Below are positions 21,645 to 30,819 of a DNA stretch of 64,000 nucleotides, piece after piece (within the stretch, counting starts at the first letter, position 1; each line of letters starts with the position of its first letter). Below the pieces are notes generated by a model. It made no database searches. It was not told the DNA's origin and was given only the letters and a program-made list of their open reading frames with translations. The position numbers and the translations under genes are program-made. This stretch comes from Escherichia coli (GTDB taxonomy: Bacteria; Pseudomonadota; Gammaproteobacteria; Enterobacterales; Enterobacteriaceae). The stretch is from NCBI RefSeq assembly GCF_050920415.1, contig NZ_CP169309.1; one strand, 5' to 3'.

Positions 21645-22472
21645 TTACCCCATCAACGTCATCCGAAAATCACGCGGAGTTGAGCCTGTCATCGCCTTAA
21701 ATTGACGGCTGAACGCACTATGGTCGGTATAACCGCACTGCAAAGCGATATCGGTAATCGGCGTAGTTCCGGCAAGTAACTCGGTGGCCTTTTCCAGTCG
21801 AACTTTGTGGATCATCTGGCGAGGCGTCAGGTGAAAAATCCGCTTACAGTAGCGTTCAATTTGCGCCACAGACATTCCGCTCATTTCAGTCAACTCTTCC
21901 ATAGAGATCGCACGGTAGTAGTGATTGCGAATGTGCTCATCGATGATCGCCAGGCGTTGCCAGGCTGGATGACGCGCATGTGCTTCCTGGAGATCATGTG
22001 AGATCCCCGCCATTCCGATCACACGCCCCTGCATATCGCGCAGTGCCAGTTTCTGCGTCAGACACCAGCCGCGTTCGCGACCGTTATAGAGATGCATCTC
22101 TAGTTGATCACGTAACGCAACCCCTTCGCGTAGCACACGCAGATCCTGTTCGGTATATCCTCGTCCCAATGCAGAAGGGAAAACATCTGCCGATGTCTTC
22201 CCCAGTAGCGATGTCACATTTTTAAACCCGCAGCGTCGCGCCAACGTCATATTGACTAACAGATAACGGGCCTGCATATCCTTAATAAAAAACACCACAT
22301 TAGGAATGGCGTTGAGAAGTGGCGCAATCAGCGCCAGTGCATTTAACAACGCCTGAATATTTTGTGGACGCTGCCGCGCCAGCCCCTCGCAAATCTGACT
22401 AAGTTCATCAACGGCCAGCGCAGTTTCTTCACAAGGGGAAAACTCAAAAGTCTGATGACATATGCTGGACAT
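21645..22472 (-). CDS. AraC-family transcriptional regulator
   Basis: 275 aa ORF with a C-terminal AraC-type double helix-turn-helix; divergent from the epimerase operon. Confidence 0.85.
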   Translation of the reverse strand: MSSICHQTFEFSPCEETALAVDELSQICEGLARQRPQNIQALLNALALIAPLLNAIPNVVFFIKDMQARYLLVNMTLARRCGFKNVTSLLGKTSADVFPSALGRGYTEQDLRVLREGVALRDQLEMHLYNGRERGWCLTQKLALRDMQGRVIGMAGISHDLQEAHARHPAWQRLAIIDEHIRNHYYRAISMEELTEMSGMSVAQIERYCKRIFHLTPRQMIHKVRLEKATELLAGTTPITDIALQCGYTDHSAFSRQFKAMTGSTPRDFRMTLMG

Positions 22473-22783
22473 AGTTGTTCCTCATAGCGATTGAGGATGA
22501 ATGTTTATTAACCTTTGATTAACATGACAAGTACTGAAAGTGCATTTTGCGATCCTTCCGTGTATTTCCACTTTCCGTTGCTCTCACTACTGACGAACGC
22601 TTGTTCCTGGTCTAACACATCACTAACAAAATGATTAATATTAAAAAAACATGACCACTCCTGGTGTCGCGAAATAATTCACTGTGCTGATTTCGTCATT
22701 TCCCTTGCAGAAACCCTTCAAGCGATAAAGTTGCAATTACGCCAGCATTTAGAAACATTTTGTTAACCACATGGAGCCAGAGC

Positions 22784-23731
22784 ATGCATGTTCCTCACCA
22801 AATCACTGAACTCAGGGCTATCGACTCCCATACCGGAGGCGAGCCGACCCGGTTGATTATTGATGGCTTTCCCGATCTCGGTAGCGGCAGCATGGCCGAA
22901 CGGCGCGAACGTTTTACCCGGGAATTTGACTGTTGGCGCAAAGCCATAATTCTTGAGCCACGCGGCAACGACGTGCTGGTCGGCGCGCTACTGTGTGAGC
23001 CGCTTTCCCCTCATGCCACGGCGGGTGTCATCTTTTTCAATAATGCCGGATACCTGAATATGTGTGGGCACGGCACTATCGGGCTTGTTGCCTCACTGGC
23101 CTGGTTGGGTCGTATTAAACCGGGCGTTCATCGCATTGAAACCCCTGTCGGAGATGTAAACGCCACATTGCATGATGATGGCAGTGTGTCAGTTGAAAAT
23201 GTTCCGGCCTGGCGCTGGCAAAAACAGGTAAGTGTGGAAACAGCGGTGGGTACAGTTACAGGAGATATCGCCTGGGGTGGTAACTGGTTTTTTCTTATTA
23301 ATGATCATCCATTTGATATTGTGCCGGAACAAATCCCGCAGTTAACTGAATACGCCTGGGCGGTACGGGAAGGGCTCGATAATGCGGGGATCGTCGGTGA
23401 AAACGGTGGCATTATCGATCATATCGAACTTTTTGCCGATGACGATCAGGCGGATAGCCGTAGCTTCGTCCTTTGCCCAGGTAAAGCGTGGGATCGTTCT
23501 CCCTGTGGCACAGGCACCAGCGCCAAGCTGGCCTGTCTGGCAGAAGACGGAAAACTCGCCCCCGGCGATAGCTGGCGCCAGGCCAGTATTATTGGTAGCC
23601 AGTTTACGGCTCACTATACCCGCCATGGCGAGAAGATTATCCCCACCATTCGTGGAGAAGCCTGGGTATGCGGCGACAATCGCCTGCTCCTTAATCCGGA
23701 CGATCCCTTCTGCTGGGGGATTAGCCTGTGA
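22784..23731 (+). CDS. proline racemase family enzyme, 4-hydroxyproline 2-epimerase-like
   Basis: Two catalytic Cys motifs (MCGHG and SPCGTGTSA) typical of the proline racemase / 4-Hyp epimerase family; GGAG Shine-Dalgarno before the ATG at 22784. Confidence 0.85.
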   Translation: MHVPHQITELRAIDSHTGGEPTRLIIDGFPDLGSGSMAERRERFTREFDCWRKAIILEPRGNDVLVGALLCEPLSPHATAGVIFFNNAGYLNMCGHGTIGLVASLAWLGRIKPGVHRIETPVGDVNATLHDDGSVSVENVPAWRWQKQVSVETAVGTVTGDIAWGGNWFFLINDHPFDIVPEQIPQLTEYAWAVREGLDNAGIVGENGGIIDHIELFADDDQADSRSFVLCPGKAWDRSPCGTGTSAKLACLAEDGKLAPGDSWRQASIIGSQFTAHYTRHGEKIIPTIRGEAWVCGDNRLLLNPDDPFCWGISL

Positions 23732-24837
23732 ACAGCACGGAGGTCATTGTCATCGGCGCAGGCATCATCGGGGCCTCCTGCGCATGGCAACTGGCAAAAC
23801 GTGGTGTGAGAGTCACGCTAATTGACAACGGCCGAGCCGGAGCGACAGCTGCAGGAATGGGGCATCTGGTCTGTATGGATGATGATCCCGCAGAACTGAC
23901 GCTCTCTGCCTGGTCGCTGGAACTGTGGCGCACGTTGACGCCTCAGTTACCGGAAAGCTGTGCCTGGTGCGGCTGTGGCACATTGTGGCTGGCGGAAACA
24001 CCAGAAGAACTGGAAATTGCCCGAGAGAAGCAGCGACGTCTGGCATCGCATGAGGTCAACAGCGAAATGCAAAGCGCTGCACAATTGGCTGAGCGGGAAG
24101 TTATGCTACGCCCGGGGTTATCCGGCGGGTTATGGGTGCCGGGCGATGGCATCGTCTACGCCCCAAACGTTGCCCGTTGGTTTATTGCCAATGCAGGCGA
24201 TAAGCTGACACATCTGGTTGATCCGGCCATTCGTCTGGAAGAACCTACAGTGACATTACAGAGCGGTCGCCAATTACGCGCCGATGCGATCGTCGTCGCC
24301 TGTGGTCTGGGGGCCAATACGTTACTGGGGGAGCCATGGCTGCGCGCGAAGAAAGGCCAACTTGCGATTACCGATCGCTATGGTCCACTAGTCAATCACC
24401 AACTGGTTGAACTTGGCTACGGCGCCAGTGCTCACGGCAGCGGCACGTCAGTGGCCTTTAATGTGCAGCCTCGTCCCACCGGACAACTGCTGATTGGCTC
24501 TTCACGTCAGTTCGATAACGAGGATCGCGAACTGGACCTTCCACTCCTGGCCGCGATGCTGTCCAGAGCGCAACACTTTCTGCCGTCTCTGGCAACGCTC
24601 AATATTATTCGTTGCTGGAGCGGTTTTCGCGCCGCCTCGCAGGATGGTAATCCCCTTCTCGGCCCGCATCCTTCCCGTGCTGGCGTCTGGCTGGCTCTTG
24701 GTCATGAAGGGCTTGGAGTGACTACTGCCCCCGCCAGCGCGTCGCTGTTAGTCGCACAGTTGCTGGGTGAACGCAGCCTCGTATCTCCTGCCCCCTGGCT
24801 ACCCGCAAGACTTATCTCCCTGGAGGCCAGCGCATGA
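23728..24837 (+). CDS. FAD-dependent oxidoreductase (DadA/HcnC/OoxB-like), candidate D-hydroxyproline dehydrogenase beta subunit
   Basis: N-terminal FAD dinucleotide-binding motif [14 protein letters not shown]; the GTG start overlaps the upstream stop, suggesting translational coupling. Confidence 0.8.
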   Translation: MNSTEVIVIGAGIIGASCAWQLAKRGVRVTLIDNGRAGATAAGMGHLVCMDDDPAELTLSAWSLELWRTLTPQLPESCAWCGCGTLWLAETPEELEIAREKQRRLASHEVNSEMQSAAQLAEREVMLRPGLSGGLWVPGDGIVYAPNVARWFIANAGDKLTHLVDPAIRLEEPTVTLQSGRQLRADAIVVACGLGANTLLGEPWLRAKKGQLAITDRYGPLVNHQLVELGYGASAHGSGTSVAFNVQPRPTGQLLIGSSRQFDNEDRELDLPLLAAMLSRAQHFLPSLATLNIIRCWSGFRAASQDGNPLLGPHPSRAGVWLALGHEGLGVTTAPASASLLVAQLLGERSLVSPAPWLPARLISLEASA

Positions 24838-25097
24838 GTGGCACCATTAGAATTTTTATTGCCGGACAGCCCTGGTTTGTCCCGACGGGTATTAGCGTAG
24901 CGGCGGCACTGGCCTTAACTGATAACCCCATTACGCGCCTTTCGGTGAGCGGGCAACCACGTACGCCCTTCTGCGGCATGGGCGTTTGCCAGGAGTGTCG
25001 GGTGAGCGTTAATGGTCGTCGGGTACCCGGTTGTCAGACCCTTTGCCAGCCAGACATGCAGATTGAAAGGAGCGGATATGCAGACCTTACAGTGTGA
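24834..25097 (+). CDS. small [2Fe-2S]-binding subunit (HcnA / sarcosine-oxidase-alpha N-terminus-like)
   Basis: 87 aa ORF with a Cys cluster (CGMGVCQEC...GC); ATGA overlap with the upstream gene. Confidence 0.65.
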   Translation: MSGTIRIFIAGQPWFVPTGISVAAALALTDNPITRLSVSGQPRTPFCGMGVCQECRVSVNGRRVPGCQTLCQPDMQIERSGYADLTV

Positions 25098-26343
25098 CAT
25101 TTTAATTCTCGGTGCAGGCCCGGCGGGGCTATCAGCGGCTCTGGCCGCAGCAAAGTGCGATAAGCAGGTCATCATCCTTGATGATAATCCGCTTCCTGGC
25201 GGTCAAATCTGGCGCGATGGTCCACAAAGTCAGCTTCCTCCACTGGCCCGCCATTACCGTGATGCCGTTGCCAACGAATCGCGGATTCGTGTGCTCAACG
25301 GAGCGAGGTTAATCGCCCGCCGCAGCGAAAATTGTGTACTGTTCGAAACTGCAGAAGACTACGGCACAGTAAGCTGGAATAAGCTGATTCTCTGCTGCGG
25401 CGCACGTGAACTTGCATTACCGTTTCCAGGCTGGACGCTGCCCGGTGTCAGTGGCGCGGGTGGGCTACAGGCACAAATGAAACAGGGGCTGCACATGGCA
25501 AATCAAAAAGTGGTTATTGCCGGAAGTGGGCCACTATTACTGGCCGTTGCTGACACCGTTCGCCGTGCCGGAGGCGAAGTGGTGGCGATTGTGGAACAAG
25601 CCCCACGCGCAGCGCTATTGCGCTTTGGCTTCGGACTATGGCGTTGGCCGGGTAAGCTGCGCCAACTGGCGACACTATTTCCTCGTCGTTATCTCAGTGC
25701 AAGCCAGGTTATCGCTGCACACGGCGACGCCACATTGCGTGCTGTCACCCTCCGACACAATGGTAGGGAAATCACACTGCCATGCGACAAATTAGCTATT
25801 GGCTATGGTCTAGTGCCTAATCTTGAACCTGGGTTGTTCTTCAGTTGTGCCATCAGCAATGATGCCGTGCAGGTGGATGAACTGCAGCGAACCTCGGTTA
25901 AAAACATCTATGCAGCCGGTGAATGTACTGGATTTGGTGGCAGTGAACTGGCGCTGATAGAAGGTGAAATAGCCGGACTTTGTGCGGCCGATCGCGCCCA
26001 TGAAACAAAGTTTCTGCAACAAAAACGCACCAGGTGGCAGCGCTTCGCCCTCGCGCTTCATAAAACCTTTGCCCTGCCCGAAAGTCTCAAGCGCGTTGCG
26101 ACACCAGAAACGCTGCTTTGCCGCTGCGAAGACATTCGCTGTGGCGATGTAGAGCAAGCACAAAGCTGGCTGCAGGCCAAATTAACGACCCGCTGCGGCA
26201 TGGGAGCCTGTCAGGGGAGAACCTGCGCCGCTACCGCACGATGGTTGTACGGCTGGCCATTACTGGAACCGCGAGCCCCCCTTTCCCCCTCTCGCAGCGA
26301 AACGTTAATTGCCCTGGCGCAACAACCACCTTCGCCACATTAA
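25078..26343 (+). CDS. FAD/NAD(P)-binding oxidoreductase with C-terminal BFD-like [2Fe-2S] domain (HcnB/OoxA-like), candidate D-hydroxyproline dehydrogenase alpha subunit
   Basis: N-terminal DILILGAGPAGLSAA motif and a C-terminal Cys cluster (CRCEDIRCGD...CGMGACQGRTC); strong AAGGAG Shine-Dalgarno before the ATG at 25078. Confidence 0.8.
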   Translation: MQTLQCDILILGAGPAGLSAALAAAKCDKQVIILDDNPLPGGQIWRDGPQSQLPPLARHYRDAVANESRIRVLNGARLIARRSENCVLFETAEDYGTVSWNKLILCCGARELALPFPGWTLPGVSGAGGLQAQMKQGLHMANQKVVIAGSGPLLLAVADTVRRAGGEVVAIVEQAPRAALLRFGFGLWRWPGKLRQLATLFPRRYLSASQVIAAHGDATLRAVTLRHNGREITLPCDKLAIGYGLVPNLEPGLFFSCAISNDAVQVDELQRTSVKNIYAAGECTGFGGSELALIEGEIAGLCAADRAHETKFLQQKRTRWQRFALALHKTFALPESLKRVATPETLLCRCEDIRCGDVEQAQSWLQAKLTTRCGMGACQGRTCAATARWLYGWPLLEPRAPLSPSRSETLIALAQQPPSPH

Positions 26344-26370
26344 ATCCCTGATAATAATTTGGCGTTAAGG

Positions 26371-26435
26371 GCTTATCTGGTCTGGTAAATCTTACAAATT
26401 CAATATATTGCAGAATCTATCCAGGCCAGATAAGC
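26371..26435. repeat. 15 bp imperfect inverted repeat (GCTTATCTGGTCTGG ... CCAGGCCAGATAAGC) at the right boundary of the tsr-btsT island
   Basis: Read directly; one mismatch between arms, about 35 nt spacer. Confidence 0.4.
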
Positions 26436-26535
26436 GTAGCGCAGCTGGCAATTATTGAGCCGTAAACGAGGAATCTACCCAGAAAAAATTTCGTGATCTC
26501 AATCACATATTAGCTCGATGAATAATTCTTGCCCA

Positions 26536-26584
26536 ACCGCTCACCGCCATTCCTGACCGCTTACGTCCCAAATATAACCACTCA
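26536..26584 (+). promoter_or_regulatory. candidate BtsR (YehT) response-regulator binding site: three direct repeats ACC(G/A)CT(C/T)A
   Basis: ACCGCTCA, ACCGCTTA and ACCACTCA with 12 and 13 bp spacers, 136-184 bp upstream of btsT; matches the recalled LytTR-type motif reported for the yjiY promoter. Confidence 0.45.
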
Positions 26585-26719
26585 GTTATTTACCTTACTT
26601 TACGCGCGCGTAACTCTGGCAACATCACTGCAGGATAGCGGTCAATTTACCTCCTCAAACGCAACGCAAACCTAGAACGGCTTCGGCCAACTATTAATCA
26701 ATACATGCCAGGTTTTACT

Positions 26720-28870
26720 ATGGATACTAAAAAGATATTCAAGCACATACCCTGGGTGATTCTTGGAATCATCGGTGCATTCTGCCTCGCGGTAGTTGCA
26801 TTACGTCGGGGGGAGCACGTCAGCGCCCTGTGGATCGTGGTCGCCTCTGTGTCAGTGTATCTGGTGGCTTATCGCTACTACAGTCTGTACATCGCCCAGA
26901 AAGTGATGAAACTCGACCCCACGCGCGCGACGCCTGCGGTTATTAACAACGACGGTCTGAACTATGTTCCGACCAACCGTTACGTGTTGTTTGGTCACCA
27001 CTTCGCTGCTATCGCCGGTGCGGGTCCGCTGGTTGGTCCGGTTCTCGCCGCGCAGATGGGTTACCTGCCTGGCACACTGTGGCTGCTGGCGGGGGTAGTG
27101 CTGGCCGGTGCGGTACAGGACTTTATGGTGCTGTTTATCTCTTCTCGCCGTAACGGCGCATCTCTCGGTGAGATGATCAAAGAAGAGATGGGGCCAGTAC
27201 CGGGGACTATCGCGCTGTTTGGCTGTTTCTTAATCATGATCATCATCCTCGCCGTTCTGGCGCTGATTGTGGTTAAAGCCCTGGCCGAAAGTCCGTGGGG
27301 TGTCTTCACCGTTTGCTCAACCGTACCAATTGCGCTGTTTATGGGTATCTACATGCGCTTTATCCGTCCTGGGCGTGTAGGTGAAGTCTCTGTTATTGGT
27401 ATCGTGCTGCTGGTTGCCTCTATCTACTTCGGTGGCGTAATTGCTCACGATCCGTACTGGGGTCCGGCACTGACCTTTAAAGACACCACCATTACCTTCG
27501 CACTGATTGGCTATGCGTTTGTTTCCGCACTGCTGCCGGTGTGGCTGATCCTCGCACCGCGCGACTATCTGGCAACCTTCCTGAAAATCGGCGTTATCGT
27601 CGGCCTGGCGCTGGGTATCGTGGTGCTGAACCCGGAACTGAAAATGCCTGCGATGACCCAGTACATTGACGGTACTGGCCCGCTGTGGAAAGGCGCTCTG
27701 TTCCCGTTCCTGTTCATCACCATCGCCTGTGGTGCGGTATCTGGCTTCCACGCGCTGATCTCTTCCGGTACGACGCCGAAACTGCTGGCTAACGAAACCG
27801 ACGCGCGTTTCATTGGCTACGGCGCAATGCTGATGGAGTCCTTCGTGGCGATTATGGCGCTGGTTGCTGCGTCCATCATCGAACCGGGTCTTTACTTCGC
27901 GATGAATACCCCGCCTGCGGGCCTTGGCATCACCATGCCTAACCTGCATGAAATGGGTGGCGAGAACGCGCCGATCATCATGGCACAACTGAAAGACGTT
28001 ACCGCACACGCGGCAGCGACTGTCAGCTCCTGGGGCTTCGTGATTTCGCCAGAGCAGATCCTGCAAACCGCGAAAGACATTGGTGAGCCTTCTGTCCTGA
28101 ACCGTGCAGGTGGTGCGCCGACGCTGGCGGTAGGTATCGCTCACGTGTTCCACAAAGTGCTGCCGATGGCTGACATGGGCTTCTGGTATCACTTCGGCAT
28201 TCTGTTCGAAGCCCTGTTCATCCTGACCGCGCTGGATGCGGGTACCCGTTCTGGCCGCTTTATGCTGCAAGACCTGCTGGGTAACTTCATCCCGTTCCTG
28301 AAAAAAACCGACTCTCTGGTTGCCGGTATCATCGGTACTGCGGGCTGTGTGGGTCTGTGGGGCTACCTGCTGTATCAGGGCGTGGTCGATCCGCTGGGCG
28401 GCGTTAAGAGCCTGTGGCCGCTGTTCGGTATCTCCAACCAGATGCTGGCAGCCGTAGCGCTGGTACTGGGCACCGTTGTGCTGATTAAGATGAAGCGCAC
28501 CCAATACATCTGGGTGACTGTTGTTCCGGCTGTATGGCTGCTTATCTGCACCACCTGGGCGCTGGGCCTGAAACTGTTCAGCACCAACCCGCAGATGGAA
28601 GGCTTCTTCTACATGGCAAGCCAGTACAAAGAGAAGATTGCTAACGGTACTGACCTGACGGCACAGCAGATTGCCAACATGAACCACATCGTTGTGAACA
28701 ACTACACCAACGCAGGCCTGAGTATTCTGTTCCTGATTGTGGTGTACAGCATCATCTTCTACGGTTTCAAAACCTGGCTGAAGGTGCGTAACAGCGACAA
28801 ACGTACTGACAAAGAAACACCGTACGTTCCAATCCCGGAAGGCGGCGTGAAGATTTCTTCGCACCACTAA
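26720..28870 (+). CDS. btsT: pyruvate/H+ symporter BtsT (CstA family)
   Basis: The translation from the ATG at 26720 ([19 protein letters not shown]...) is recognised as YjiY/BtsT; large polytopic CstA-type protein. Confidence 0.93.
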   Translation: MDTKKIFKHIPWVILGIIGAFCLAVVALRRGEHVSALWIVVASVSVYLVAYRYYSLYIAQKVMKLDPTRATPAVINNDGLNYVPTNRYVLFGHHFAAIAGAGPLVGPVLAAQMGYLPGTLWLLAGVVLAGAVQDFMVLFISSRRNGASLGEMIKEEMGPVPGTIALFGCFLIMIIILAVLALIVVKALAESPWGVFTVCSTVPIALFMGIYMRFIRPGRVGEVSVIGIVLLVASIYFGGVIAHDPYWGPALTFKDTTITFALIGYAFVSALLPVWLILAPRDYLATFLKIGVIVGLALGIVVLNPELKMPAMTQYIDGTGPLWKGALFPFLFITIACGAVSGFHALISSGTTPKLLANETDARFIGYGAMLMESFVAIMALVAASIIEPGLYFAMNTPPAGLGITMPNLHEMGGENAPIIMAQLKDVTAHAAATVSSWGFVISPEQILQTAKDIGEPSVLNRAGGAPTLAVGIAHVFHKVLPMADMGFWYHFGILFEALFILTALDAGTRSGRFMLQDLLGNFIPFLKKTDSLVAGIIGTAGCVGLWGYLLYQGVVDPLGGVKSLWPLFGISNQMLAAVALVLGTVVLIKMKRTQYIWVTVVPAVWLLICTTWALGLKLFSTNPQMEGFFYMASQYKEKIANGTDLTAQQIANMNHIVVNNYTNAGLSILFLIVVYSIIFYGFKTWLKVRNSDKRTDKETPYVPIPEGGVKISSHH

Positions 28871-28876
28871 CCGGTT

Positions 28877-28951
<75 letters not shown>

Positions 28952-29000
28952 AAATCCCCGGCCCGGACCTTCCGGGCTTTACGCATATCTGGAAGGCAAA

Positions 29001-29204
29001 ATGTTTGGTAACTTAGGACAGGCAAAAAAATATCTCGGCCAGGCGGCAAAGATGTTGATTGGCATTCCAGACTACGACAACTACGTCGAGCATATGAAGA
29101 CCAACCATCCCGACCAGCCGTACATGAGCTATGAAGAATTCTTCCGCGAACGCCAGAACGCGCGCTACGGCGGCGATGGTAAAGGCGGTATGCGCTGTTG
29201 TTAA
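29001..29204 (+). CDS. yjiX: small protein YjiX (YbdD/YjiX family, partner of CstA-type transporters)
   Basis: 67 aa from the internal ATG ([33 protein letters not shown]...); immediately downstream of btsT. Confidence 0.85.
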   Translation: MFGNLGQAKKYLGQAAKMLIGIPDYDNYVEHMKTNHPDQPYMSYEEFFRERQNARYGGDGKGGMRCC

Positions 29205-29214
29205 TGGAGAGAGC

Positions 29215-30171
29215 ATGAACCCGATTGCAGTTACCCTACTCACCGGTTTTTTAGGCGCAGGCAAAACCACCCTGCTGCGCCATATTCTTAATGAACAGCA
29301 CGGCTACAAAATTGCCGTGATTGAAAACGAATTCGGCGAAGTCTCCGTTGATGATCAACTGATTGGCGACCGCGCCACGCAGATCAAAACGCTGACCAAC
29401 GGCTGCATCTGTTGTTCGCGCTCCAACGAGCTGGAGGACGCGCTACTCGACCTGCTGGACAATCTCGACAAGGGCAATATTCAGTTCGATCGTCTGGTTA
29501 TTGAATGCACCGGCATGGCCGATCCCGGCCCGATTATTCAGACCTTTTTCTCCCATGAGATTTTATGCCAGCGCTACCTGCTGGACGGCGTGATTGCGCT
29601 GGTGGATGCGGTACATGCCGATGAGCAGATGAACCAGTTCACCATCGCCCAGTCACAGGTTGGCTACGCCGACCGTATTCTGCTGACCAAAACCGACGTC
29701 GCAGGCGAAGCAGAAAAACTGCGTGAACGCCTGGCGCGCATCAACGCCCGCGCACCGGTCTACACCGTCACCCACGGCAACATCGATCTGGGCCTGCTGT
29801 TCAACACCAACGGTTTTATGCTGGAAGAAAACGTTGTCAGCACCAAACCGCGTTTCCACTTTATCGCGGATAAACAAAACGATATTTCGTCGATTGTGGT
29901 AGAACTGGATTATCCGGTAGATATCAGCGAAGTTTCCCGCGTGATGGAAAACCTGCTGCTGGAATCGGCAGATAAACTGCTGCGTTACAAAGGGATGCTG
30001 TGGATTGACGGCGAACCTAATCGCCTGCTGTTCCAGGGCGTCCAGCGCCTCTACAGCGCCGACTGGGACCGCCCGTGGGGCGATGAAAAACCGCATAGCA
30101 CAATGGTGTTTATCGGGATTCAGCTGCCGGAGGATGAGATTCGGGCAGCGTTTGCGGGGTTGAGGAAGTAA
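29215..30171 (+). CDS. yjiA: COG0523/CobW-family GTPase YjiA
   Basis: 318 aa with P-loop GFLGAGKTTLL and a CxCC metal-binding motif (GCICCS). Confidence 0.92.
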   Translation: MNPIAVTLLTGFLGAGKTTLLRHILNEQHGYKIAVIENEFGEVSVDDQLIGDRATQIKTLTNGCICCSRSNELEDALLDLLDNLDKGNIQFDRLVIECTGMADPGPIIQTFFSHEILCQRYLLDGVIALVDAVHADEQMNQFTIAQSQVGYADRILLTKTDVAGEAEKLRERLARINARAPVYTVTHGNIDLGLLFNTNGFMLEENVVSTKPRFHFIADKQNDISSIVVELDYPVDISEVSRVMENLLLESADKLLRYKGMLWIDGEPNRLLFQGVQRLYSADWDRPWGDEKPHSTMVFIGIQLPEDEIRAAFAGLRK

Positions 30172-30204
30172 TTTTAGATGATGGCCGCCATGTGGCGGCC
30201 TGAA

Positions 30205-30507
30205 TTATTTTTTATTCTGATCGCGCAGCATCGCTTCACGTAAAATTGCGTTCAGGCGAGTTTGATAGCCTTTACCTGGTCGCTTCAACCATTCCATCAC
30301 ATCAGCATCAATACGCACCGAAGCCTGAGTTTTCAATGGCCGATAAAACTTACCGCGTTCTGCGTTAGACCATTGCTCATCGCTGGAAGGTGGGATATCA
30401 CTGTAATCAATATCTTCGTCGGATTTATTCGCCAGCGCCTTCAGTTCGGCCTCATGCTGCACATCGAGTGAAGAGGAGGTCCCTCGTTTATGTTTAACCA
30501 TGCTCAT
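30205..30507 (-). CDS. BrnA-like antitoxin (DUF4415/COG3514)
   Basis: 100 aa ORF; the C-terminal pattern YQTRLNAILREAML resembles BrnA-family antitoxins; its start overlaps the stop of a BrnT-like remnant. Confidence 0.6.
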   Translation of the reverse strand: MSMVKHKRGTSSSLDVQHEAELKALANKSDEDIDYSDIPPSSDEQWSNAERGKFYRPLKTQASVRIDADVMEWLKRPGKGYQTRLNAILREAMLRDQNKK

Positions 30508-30623
30508 AGCGGCTCCGTTCGTTGTGGCTCATCAAACACTAACACCGCATCTTCAAAGCGGATGCCATGTTTCACCCGATTACTTTTGGCCTTGTTTGCA
30601 TCCCATTCAAACTCCATTGGCAT
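30504..30623 (-). pseudogene. truncated BrnT-like toxin (DUF497) remnant, 39 codons
   Basis: My own translation of the minus strand gives MPMEFEWDANKAKSNRVKHGIRFEDAVLVFDEPQRTEPL*, which matches only the conserved N-terminus (FEWDxxKxxxNxxKHG..F..A..VF.DP) of roughly 90 aa BrnT toxins. Confidence 0.45.
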
Positions 30624-30819
30624 AGTTGCCATCCCCAATTGTATATACAAAAATGTATCTACAATCATTCTGCAATTATAGCGTTGATGTTGGAAATAGC
30701 ATCACGTTTTGGATAATCAACCATGAAATTGACAATGAGTGAGTTGGACTTGATTCATCCAATAGAATTTCTCGCCTGACATGGCACACTAAACACCTCG
30801 CTGTCGTTAAGGGATTACC

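Noticed and set aside
23728-26343. Hydrogen cyanide synthase (HcnABC) or opine oxidase as the identity of the three-subunit flavoenzyme
   Set aside because: The architecture is shared, but the gene order (beta, gamma, alpha) and the tight linkage to a proline-racemase-family epimerase, a DapA-like deaminase and a KGSADH-like dehydrogenase favour D-hydroxyproline dehydrogenase; this remains an inference that sequence comparison should test.
10380-26440. Prophage or integrative element origin of the tsr-btsT island
   Set aside because: No integrase, excisionase, tRNA attachment site, phage structural gene or clean direct repeats were seen; the content is purely metabolic.
27317-28867. 516 aa ORF antisense to btsT
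   Set aside because: It lies entirely inside and opposite to the well-supported btsT gene, is Arg/His/Gln-rich with no recognisable domain, and is typical of a spurious antisense frame in GC-rich coding DNA.
30504-30623. Interpreting the 39-codon BrnT-like ORF as an intact small gene
   Set aside because: It matches only the N-terminal motif of roughly 90 aa DUF497 toxins and ends abruptly at the brnA start; it is more parsimoniously a truncation remnant, so it is reported as a pseudogene with low confidence.
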